Positions 1 through 7,218 of a stretch of 7,317 nt of DNA are shown here, piece by piece. The translations under genes and the position numbers were made by a program. The stretch spans positions 1 to 7,317 of the forward strand of contig NW_021828907.1 in assembly GCF_006345805.1 (NCBI RefSeq), read 5' to 3'. The notes beneath the pieces are model-generated. The model worked only from the letters and a program-made list of their open reading frames with translations, ran no database searches and was not told the origin of the DNA. This stretch comes from Octopus sinensis (lineage: Eukaryota). The number at the start of each line of letters is the position of its first letter. Positions within the stretch are counted from its first letter, which is position 1.

Positions 1-96
1 GTGTGTGTGTGGGGGGAGCATTGTAAGCGATGAATGAAATGAACATGAAATGAAAAAATCGTGTAAATAAAAGAGCATAATAAACGGAATAATATA

Positions 97-309
97 GGTT
101 TCAAATATTGGTACGTGACCAGCAGATTTGGTGTAGGGGGTTAAGTTGATTACATTGACCCAGAGCTCAACTTGCGCTTATTTTATCGACACAGAAATTA
201 TGAAAAGCAAAGTCAATCTTGGCGGAATTTGAACTCAGAACGTAAAGACAGACGAAGTACTGCAAAGCATTTCTCCCGCTCTGCTAACGATTCTGCCAGC
301 TTACCGCCT
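97..309 (-). mobile_element. tRNA-derived SINE, family A, near full length
   Basis: The reverse complement starts AGGCGGTAAGCTGGCAGAATCG (A-box-like) and has GAGTTCAAATTCC (B box, plus 224-236). The body is homologous to the copies at 1908-2094 and 2120-2220. It resembles an abundant Octopus SINE from memory; the family name is not verified. Confidence 0.8.
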
Positions 310-780
310 AATTTAAGGATTAATAGTGATAAGTTTTCATAATGGTCTAATGAGAAATTGAAATCATCACATCACTAAATGCATATGAAAATCTATTCAA
401 TTTGACAGTGCCATAATAACATTTGAGAGAAGTAAATTGCTTATATTCTATGACAAACAGATATGTAGGGTATGTCATTGAATATTTGAAGATTCTACAA
501 CCACCGCTCCAACGTAATGTATGCAAAGAGATATGTACCAGTAATATCCCTGTTGTTTTTCTGCTTCTCTCTCTACTCAGCCTGTCTGCAGAATGTTTAC
601 GAAAACGTGCTTTTAACGATATTACAATAATGAACTCAACCCTCCAAAGTAATAAATTCTTTCATAACGTTTCCATAAATGAGTCAAATGATTTGCCGTT
701 GAACGAGATGGACACATTCCTGGAGGACGCAAACGGGAGAATAGGTTGCATTACCTTTTGATAAATCATTGTAATTACAA

Positions 781-797
781 ACACACACACACACACA
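781..797. repeat. (AC)8 microsatellite
   Basis: Read directly from the sequence. Confidence 0.9.
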
Positions 798-972
798 GGA
801 CAGTCATAATGGAACAGACATAGAAAGACATCCACATACACACTCACCCCACCCCACCCCCACCAGAGTGGTCGTATTTAAACAGACAGAAAGTCACTCA
901 CAAAAATTACTTCTTCTCATCCTGCTACTTCTACTACTGTAAAAGTCATTTAAAAATAATTTGCTCGCTCAC

Positions 973-1115
973 CATCATCAATGCCTTTGCTCTGTTCTGC
1001 ATTGTAACATTGAGACATGTCTGGTTCTTGCCAGATACCAGTAAACGGTGAACACTTTTGTGATGACAGGTTTTGACTTGATGCCATTTCTGGATGCCCC
1101 ATCGTTCTGGAAGAA
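973..1115 (-). CDS. Adhesion GPCR exon E (143 nt, HormR C-half): SSRTMGHPEMASSQNLSSQKCSPFTGIWQEPDMSQCYNAEQSKGIDD
   Basis: Acceptor catttattttttcag|T and donor ATG|GTGAGC, phase 2 to phase 1. G-x-W-x-x-P-D-x-S-x-C completes the HormR domain. No convincing next phase-1 exon was found in 1-972. Confidence 0.9.
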
Positions 1116-1169
1116 CTGAAAAAATAAATGTTAAATATTGTCAGTCGAGTTTATTCATTCTGAGGAGAA

Positions 1170-1265
1170 TTTCATCAATCTCAGAGGAATATAAGAAACC
1201 TTCGAACTGGTCGTGATTTGAACTCATAATTTAGTGAAAGAAGGATAAATGGTGTCTTGCATTTG
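1170..1265 (-). mobile_element. Degenerate fragment of SINE family A
   Basis: tttcatcaat...gatttgaactcataat...gcattt aligns loosely with ttttatcgac...gaatttgaactcagaa...gcattt in the 97-309 copy. Confidence 0.4.
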
Positions 1266-1907
1266 GGGGAGAAATCTATTATTTACTCCTGACCCCTATC
1301 CTCAAAACTAATGTCAAATATTTTCTAACTAGAGTTCAGATATAAAAACAATATTCCTGCATCTGTTTTTATTTACAATAATTTCTTGTTTTTATGATTA
1401 TTCAATACAAGATTAGTTGGAACGGTGTAGGTGATGCAGAATTAAGGAGCCAAGTTGTTAGTTCAAGTTGAATGGGGGAATTAGTTGCTAATATTTCGCC
1501 ACCATAGACATCAGTAGCAACAGCGGCAGCAATGGATTTATGTATATTTTCCTACATATGCACAGATTTGAGTGATTCCACCAGTTGGCCTTGTCTTAAA
1601 ACTAATAAAGCTCAGCCTCTGGGAGGAACAATTTAGATGCTTAACCTGTGGAATGACGTGGTAGAAATGAGAGAAAAGAGACCGTGTTACATAGTCTGTG
1701 ATGAGTGAAATCCCAGGATGACCATCATGTACTAGCAAGATATATAGCTCTACAGTAATCATAAAATTTAATAGATAGTATTAGCCTGAATCCAACAGAA
1801 TCACTGATAGATTCTATTGGCTGTATCTAGGTATGTGCTTTCTTTGCTACAATTATTTTGTGAAATTCTGGAACTTACAAGAATCTTTAAATCTTTGAAT
1901 AATGCTG

Positions 1908-2094
1908 ATTTCAAATTTTGGCAGCTATTTTGGGCGGGGGTAGTTCGATTACATAGACCCCAGCGTACTTTTTTTATCGATCCCGTAAGGGTAAAAGACA
2001 AAGTCGACCCTGGTGGCATTTGATCTCAGAATGTAAAGTCAGAAGAAATGCTGCTAAGCATTTTGTCCGGCATGGTAACGATTCCGCTAGCTCT
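1908..2094 (-). mobile_element. tRNA-derived SINE, family A, diverged copy
   Basis: Collinear with 97-309: tttcaaattttgg, gattaca, ttttatcga, aaagtc, atttga(t)ctcagaa, aagcattt, taacgatt. Confidence 0.78.
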
Positions 2095-2119
2095 CTAACA
2101 TAAAGCCTTGTCTAATATT

Positions 2120-2220
2120 GGTTTCAAATTTTGGCACAAGGCCAGCAATTTCAGGGGAAGGGATAAGTCGTTTACACCAACCTCAGTGCTCAATTGGTAT
2201 TTATTTCATCGACCCGAAAC
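2120..2220 (-). mobile_element. 3' half of SINE family A (5'-truncated)
   Basis: ggtttcaaattttggcacaaggccagca...ctcaattggtatttatttcatcgaccc matches plus 97-190. The tRNA head is absent. Confidence 0.72.
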
Positions 2221-2476
2221 ATAAAAACGAATGAAATGAAAGCTTTGTATAATATTGGCGACAAAGCAAACCTAGATAGTTAGGACAAGGCTAAATTATA
2301 TCAAATAATGTATACAATGTAAAAATGCTGGGACAAGAGATTGCAACCGATAGACGTTTAATTCTATCTTGTTAATCTATAAACCTGTTATTTGCTCTAC
2401 CAAGTAACATTCTCTCACAATAGGATGACGCTGAAAGCTTCAAATTTTGAGTAGAAATAAATCAATACAAACGAAC

Positions 2477-2591
2477 CAATGCCTGGTGGCTACATTTCCA
2501 TGACACGGGATCTCCGCAGTAGTTCCTATTTTTGTCATTGGCCAAGAGAAAGCTCGATTGTTAGTTGATGTGGTGCTTTCATCACAAACCA
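2477..2591 (-). CDS. Adhesion GPCR exon D (115 nt, HormR/HRM N-half): (M)VCDESTTSTNNRAFSWPMTKIGTTAEIPCHGNVATRH(C)
   Basis: Acceptor gcttctttttcag|TG and donor TTG|GTTCGT, phase 1 to phase 2. The motif C..W-P-x-T-x-x-G..PC..A-T-R-x-C is the HormR signature of secretin/adhesion GPCRs. The last Cys (TG|T) only forms after splicing to exon E. Confidence 0.9.
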
Positions 2592-2627
2592 CTGAAAAAG
2601 AAGCAAAATATGGACATGAAAGAAGCC

Positions 2628-2668
<41 letters not shown>

Positions 2669-2687
2669 CAGCAACAGCAGTAGTAGT
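2628..2687. repeat. (AGT)13 microsatellite with AGC/AAC interruptions
   Basis: Read directly; source of the poly-Tyr and poly-Thr runs in the ORF track. Confidence 0.95.
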
Positions 2688-3870
2688 TAATGTTGGAAAT
2701 AAATTGTTTGGACCACCTGCTGGCTGATTTGAGGACAATGATACACGAAGTGTTGCAAACATACACGGAGAGCATATATAAATATTCAAAATAGACAGAT
2801 TTCTAGTTTTTCATTTAGTAGTTTGTAAAGAGATAAATGATTTAGAAATGAATTACAATCCCTTACAACACAAGGACCCCCACCCCAACCAGGCTCCATG
2901 CAATTCTTGGAAGTGTAGTCTATTCTTAACTAAAATGGCGACAATATGATTTTCTCCATATTCTTGCTCTGTTCAAATATTTGAGAAAAATTACATTAAA
3001 GTGTCCTACTTATTAAAATTCTAATTCATTATTTATGCAGCTGAAGATGGCATTGCATTTAAATTGATGTAATTTTTGTATTGTTCAATTAAATTTAGCC
3101 GATTGAAACTGCATAACTACTTGAGATCCTGTAGATTATATATATATATATTCTTATATATAGTTTTTCTTATATATTCTTAAAAAACAATAAATAAAAT
3201 AGAAATAGAGATGTGTGCATATGTATATATATATATTTTATATTTTCTCGAGCAATATATAACTGGTTACGGAATATGACTACTCAGAATGCTAGTCTGT
3301 TTCGCGGCCTCTAGTGTTGAATTTCGTCAATATATTGATCACTCTTTAGACATACTGACCGGAAGCGCAAAACCTAATGTACGCTAGAAATGGTTAGATG
3401 TTATATTGATTTGGCGATGGTAAAATGAAATGAATGGAAACGAAGTGAAAATATATCCTTTTCCGGCAATGGGATATGATTTATTCCTCTCTTATATCCC
3501 TTAGACACTGTTTAAATCGTATGAGCTGTGTGTGTGTATCTATCGATCCTAATGTAAAAATTAACTTGATCACTTCGTACGAAATGAATTTTCGCTGAGG
3601 AAAATTATTTGCAGCACTAAATAGTTTTCCTGTTTGAATTAAAGCAAGTACTGGAATTGTTTGAATTTTTCTGCCCATTAGAGTCTGCATCTTCTACTTC
3701 TATACAAAATTAGAAGAAAACATTTTTGCCCTCGGTTAATTGGTATAATTAAAAAGAAACTGGGCAAAGACAAACAGTTCCGTAGGGACAAGAAACGGAA
3801 AAGCGCAAAATAAAATGCATTTTTTTGAAATTATCCAAGCGTTGAGAAAATGTAAATAAATAGTTGTATG

Positions 3871-3873
<3 letters not shown>

Positions 3874-3912
<39 letters not shown>
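3874..3912. repeat. (GA)n microsatellite
   Basis: Read directly; one interruption. Confidence 0.95.
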
Positions 3913-4033
3913 TCTGTGTGCTTTGTATCATCTACTGTGGTTGATGATGACGTCAACGACGAAGAGGTTGGTGATTGATGAAGCTAATTATGACGGTAAT
4001 GATGATTAAATTAATAAGAAACACGATACTTAC

Positions 4034-4188
4034 TTTCATCAATGAATTTAATGTGGCTTTTCTTAACTCCTAAGTTAAGCAATTCCTGGGAATTGTTCAA
4101 AACTTGGGAGATATTGCGCCGCAGTTGACTTTCAGTCATTTCGCTAAATACTGTACAGTAAATAGCAAATATTTTATTTCTGTTTGAG
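4034..4188 (-). CDS. Adhesion GPCR exon C (155 nt, end of SEA-like domain): SNRNKIFAIYCTVFSEMTESQLRRNISQVLNNSQELLNLGVKKSHIKFIDE
   Basis: Acceptor ttttttatttcag|C and donor GAAA|GTAAGT. Phase 2 to phase 1; A|TG forms Met with exon D. Lies inside track ORF 4011..4214. Confidence 0.88.
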
Positions 4189-4204
4189 CTGAAATAAAAA
4201 ATAA

Positions 4205-4296
4205 ATACATACATGTATGTCGGTATGTATGTATGTATGTAGCTAACTAGCTAGCTAGAAATATACATACATTGATATATATATATATATGTATAC
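4205..4296. repeat. Compound (ATAC)/(ATGT)/(AGCT)/(AT) microsatellite
   Basis: Read directly from the sequence. Confidence 0.85.
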
Positions 4297-4470
4297 ATTC
4301 GTTTAAAAGCTGCCCTGTTAATCCTTGGGTCCAACAATGACACCATGCATTGAGTACATATTAAATTTCATGGAACATGAATATTTCTCAAGCAATGAAC
4401 AATTTTCATCAAAGCAATGATATAATTTGTCGACTCGGAACTTATTGCAAAGCTTCATGATAATCAACAG

Positions 4471-4600
4471 TACCACCACCATCGCCACCATATCTGCAAT
4501 ACACACGCCATCCAGACTTCTGACGCCATCACCATCAATACTTTTCATCACTTTCCGCTCCACCACCATCACCACTGTCTTTCACATCGCTTTCTATCAC
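4471..4600. repeat. Degenerate (CAC/CAT)n low-complexity tract
   Basis: Repeated caccac/catcac units. Confidence 0.7.
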
Positions 4601-4807
4601 TATATTCAAACATAGCTCAGGATTGGATTATCATAGCTAAAATAACCGCATTCAGTATGGTTGTGAACAGAATTAGTGAAGGAGGCTCGAACTACAAGCG
4701 GGTGACTAAAAGTTGGTCCTAAGAATATATTCGTCCAATGCACATGAAGGTCTTCGCTCCCTGCATAAATCTTTGAATACACTTTATATATGTATTTATA
4801 CATATAC

Positions 4808-5180
4808 AGGAGTGGCTGTGTGGTAAGTAGCTTGCTAACCAACCACATGGTTCCGGGTTCAGCCCCACTGTGTGGCATCTTGGGCTAGTGTCTTCTGCTA
4901 TAGCTCCGGGCCGACCAATGCCTTGTGAGTGGATTTTGTAGACGGAAACTGAAAGAAGCCTGTCGTATATATGTATATATATGTGTGTGTGTTTGTGTGT
5001 CTGTGTTTGTCTCCCAAGCATTGCTGGTGTGTTTACTCCCCGTCACTTAGCGGTTCGGCAAAAGAGACCGATAGAATAAGTACTGGGCTTACAAAGAATA
5101 AGTCCCGGAGTCGATTTGATCGATTAAAGGTGGTGCTCCAGCATGGCCGCAGTCAAATGACTGAAACAAGTAAAAGAGAG
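4808..5180 (+). mobile_element. tRNA-derived SINE, family B, full length
   Basis: A box TGGCTGTGTGG (4813-4823) and B box GGTTCAGCCCC (4856-4866). It has a CORE-like CTTGGGCTAGTGTCTT, an internal (AT)/(GT) tract, and the 3' end CAGCATGGCCGCAGTCAAATGACTGAAACAAGTAAAAGA. A possible 9-bp TSD ATACATATA lies at 4798-4806 and 5196-5204, but in low-complexity DNA. Confidence 0.85.
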
Positions 5181-5196
5181 AAAAAAGTGAGAGAGA

Positions 5197-5224
<28 letters not shown>
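5197..5224. repeat. (TA)n microsatellite
   Basis: Read directly; at the 3' flank of the family B SINE. Confidence 0.95.
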
Positions 5225-5227
<3 letters not shown>

Positions 5228-5229
5228 AC

Positions 5230-5403
5230 CTGGTTGGTTTTAAAATGTGTGTTAGCTACCTTCAATATTTTATAATCTTCACATTGCCATTTTGTGAAAT
5301 CAGTCCCTAATTCCTATGGCATTCTCAATGATACTGAGAGGCGTGAGTTAGCCTCCACCAGCCGTAATGGAGTGAGCATTGCTGATGAGTATTAACTTCC
5401 TAT
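5230..5403 (-). mobile_element. Probable decayed LINE (RTE-like) AP-endonuclease fragment
   Basis: 5313-5230 reads ELGTDFTKWQCEDYKILKVANTHFKTNQ, similar to the LINE APE segment C-x4-L-x2-NTxF. ATAGGAAGTTAATACTCAT (5403-5385) could be a frameshifted GDFNAH about 45 codons upstream. Stops and frameshifts are present; motif recognition only. Confidence 0.35.
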
Positions 5404-5611
5404 AAGAGATTACCATGCTAATCTAATCCATCTGGCTTACCGTGGGGAATGTTCTCCCCACTGTCAATGCAAACAGACCATATGTCTTTTTGTGGCTCAG
5501 GAGTCTATGACTAATATTTCTAATAATGCTGGTGCTCACTGCACTCTTTTCACACTTAGTGACTGTGAATTATTTCCTTGTTGGTTTCAAATTGCCGATA
5601 GCCACCACAAT

Positions 5612-5776
5612 TTATATATATACACACCCATATATATGTGTGTATATATATGTGTGATGTATATGTATGTATATATATATACATATATATACAGCAATTT
5701 AATAAATAAAACATATGCATGCATACATACATATATGTACATACCTACATCTATACGTATATATACATATATATAT
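5612..5776. repeat. Compound TA/TG/CA low-complexity tract
   Basis: Read directly from the sequence. Confidence 0.85.
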
Positions 5777-5784
5777 GAGTACAA

Positions 5785-5930
5785 GATACCACAAATAAAC
5801 GTAGAACACAACGAGAAACGAAAACAAAATCAAACAAGGAAACGGACTTTTTCCAACAACGAAAAACAGAGTACAGGACAAACAATACAAGGAAAATTCC
5901 CTTCTTCAGCTGGCCCTGTTTCGACTCAAT
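5785..5930. repeat. Probable dispersed repeat fragment flanked by (TA)n tracts
   Basis: Strand-asymmetric A/C-rich block (aacacaacgagaaacgaaaacaaaatcaaacaagg...cccttcttcagctggccctgtttcgactc) between two TA microsatellites. It resembles an Octopus repeat from memory; there is only one copy in the window. Confidence 0.4.
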
Positions 5931-5935
5931 GCGTA

Positions 5936-5961
5936 TTTATATATATATATATATATATATA
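5936..5961. repeat. (TA)n microsatellite
   Basis: Read directly from the sequence. Confidence 0.95.
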
Positions 5962-6177
5962 CAGTTCTCTCTGTATCTTTATATGGGTTTGTGTGTCCTT
6001 TGTATAATAAAACATGGATAAAACACTTAAACATTTCATTGAATGTATGAATTAATATATTCTGGGTCACAAGTACAACACTGTTGATTATTGTGACGTA
6101 TAATACATGCGATAAAATCGAATGTTTGGAACAAAAGCAAATAAATTTGAATAAATGTGTTAGTAGCATTTGCTTAC

Positions 6178-6230
6178 CCACAGTCTTCAACTCTAAATGT
6201 TCCCGTCACGGTTGAAAGGTCATGCTCAAT
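6178..6230 (-). CDS. Adhesion GPCR exon B (53 nt, SEA-like): IEHDLSTVTGTFRVEDC(G)
   Basis: Acceptor gctttttcag|ATT and donor TGG|GTAAGC. Only the phase 0 to phase 2 frame is stop-free, and it matches both neighbours. Confidence 0.85.
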
Positions 6231-6243
6231 CTGAAAAAGCCGG

Positions 6244-6248
<5 letters not shown>

Positions 6249-6276
<28 letters not shown>
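6249..6276. repeat. (TA)14 microsatellite
   Basis: Read directly; 18 nt from the exon B acceptor. Confidence 0.95.
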
Positions 6277-6279
<3 letters not shown>

Positions 6280-6337
6280 TAAATTCAAGAAACAAAGCTT
6301 GATTTAAAAGCGTTGAGATGTATTGAAAAATAAAGAA

Positions 6338-6650
6338 ATAATTATATTCTGAAACGCAGGATAATGCTAATGATATAACGTGAACCGCATGAAATATCCA
6401 TAATTTGCAGATAAATCTGTCGTCAGCCAGCTCTGTGACTACACCTCACACCCATGTGATTACGCTTCAAGTGCTTTACCATTAAGCTAAACTGCGCGAA
6501 CGACAAATACTTCTGCAAAGTTAGGCTATATACATCTAGCTTTATAAGACGCGTAATCTGGCCGCCGACATAGCTTTCGGCAACAGGTGAATACTTTATC
6601 CTGTTCATGCTATACTATTAGCATTATCCTGCGTTTGAGAATATAATTAT
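6338..6650. mobile_element. MITE/foldback-like element with long terminal inverted repeats
   Basis: 6338-6385 vs the reverse complement of 6603-6650 match at 43/48. The ungapped arms extend to 6430/6558 (72/93). The outer 8 bp ATAATTAT is palindromic, so it could be an 8-bp TSD or part of the TIR. No transposase ORF. Confidence 0.75.
6426..6497 (-). pseudogene. tRNA-like sequence (degenerate, Thr-CGT-like anticodon position)
   Basis: GCGCAGTT TA GCTT AATGGTA AAGC A CTTGA AGCGTAA TCACA TGGGT GTGAG GTGTAGT CACAG AGCTGGC. It has tRNA-like spacing, a perfect D arm with A-box, 5 of 7 acceptor pairs and 3 of 5 anticodon-stem pairs. The T arm and B box are broken, so it is not a functional tRNA. 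Confidence 0.45.
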
Positions 6651-6799
6651 ACATAAATATATTAGCTTGACACTCGGTAAAGTGGGGGAAATGAGAGGGT
6701 TTTTAATGTTCCGAGCATATCTCTTTTTCAGAAAGGAAAACGAAAATGTTGAGAAGAAAAATATTACCAAAAGGAAGTGTGTGATTACATATGTTCTTA

Positions 6800-6806
6800 T
6801 GTGTGT

Positions 6807-6844
<38 letters not shown>
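6800..6844. repeat. (TG)n microsatellite
   Basis: Read directly; one interruption. Confidence 0.95.
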
Positions 6845-6847
<3 letters not shown>

Positions 6848-7087
6848 CACAAGATTAGTGAATATTTGAGTAGGATTTTATTTACTGTCAGAATCGGAAA
6901 TTATAAGACGGAATATATAAAGACAAGATAGTGGATAGAACAGTCTTTTTATTGACCAGCAAAAATTCAGTAAGTTAAAAAAGAAAGTTTTATGTAATAG
7001 CTTACTATCAGTAAATGGAGTTGATTGTCTGAATTTCATGAAACCTCACTATTTATTTGACGTTTCACATTTCTTCTATAAAATATG

Positions 7088-7200
7088 CATGTGTGTGTGT
7101 GTATGTGTGCGTGAGAGTGTGTATGTGTATGCAGGATTGCGCATGTTCAGTGCATATGTGTGCGCGCACGCGCGTCTGTGTACGGAGAAAGAGAGAGAGA
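7088..7200. repeat. Compound (TG)/(CG)/(AG) tract
   Basis: Read directly; includes the alternating purine-pyrimidine run TGTGTGCGCGCACGCGCGT. Confidence 0.8.
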
Positions 7201-7218
7201 GGGCAGATATCTACTCAC

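Noticed and set aside
423-761. Plus-strand 112-aa ORF with a signal-like hydrophobic stretch, RKR and sequons, plus an acceptor-like site at 580
   Set aside because: It starts at TTG. The Leu/Ser stretch comes from a CT-rich tract with no Met just before it. The only donor candidate (GTTGCA) is weak and I recognise no homology. A nested antisense exon cannot be fully excluded without RNA data.
1400-2023. Short ORFs 1538..1762, 1801..2019, 1817..2023 and a minus-strand open stretch near 1400-1550
   Set aside because: No recognisable motifs or consistent splice sites; two of them overlap a SINE.
2440-2789. ORFs 2440..2775 and 2535..2789 with poly-Tyr/poly-Thr
   Set aside because: Both are products of the (AGT)n repeat; only 2591-2477 is supported as an exon.
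3275-3625. Two possible very old SINE family A remnants (about 3275-3345 plus, 3540-3625 minus)
   Set aside because: Only scattered short matches, which cannot be separated from chance in AT-rich DNA without an alignment.
4318-4878. ORFs 4318..4575, 4427..4615 and 4606..4878 as missing GPCR exons
   Set aside because: No strong phase-compatible splice sites; they overlap low-complexity DNA or the SINE; no gap in the spliced protein needs filling.
5230-5313. 84-nt segment with AG/GT ends as an extra GPCR exon
   Set aside because: The host intron is phase 2, and in that frame the segment hits TAG almost at once. It is better explained as a LINE relic.
5441-5460. 20-nt microexon candidate (cag|TGGGGAGAACATTCCCCACG|gtaagc) overlapping a 7-bp hairpin
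   Set aside because: Inclusion would shift the frame, exons B and C join cleanly without it, and a 7-bp stem is expected by chance.
4719-6190. ORFs rich in Y/I/C/V (4719..5021, 4971..5225, 5492..6007, 5587..5811, 5699..5890, 5906..6190)
   Set aside because: These are translations of TA/TG microsatellites and SINE sequence.
6426-6497. Functional tRNA-Thr gene
   Set aside because: No TTC T-loop or B box, an unpaired T stem, a non-canonical anticodon loop and no adjacent poly-T terminator; kept only as tRNA-like.
7006-7028. 23-nt microexon candidate with donor GTAAGC
   Set aside because: It has a poor pyrimidine tract and would frameshift the phase-0 intron.
7155-7176. Z-DNA-prone alternating purine-pyrimidine run
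   Set aside because: It is part of an ordinary compound microsatellite with no sign of function.
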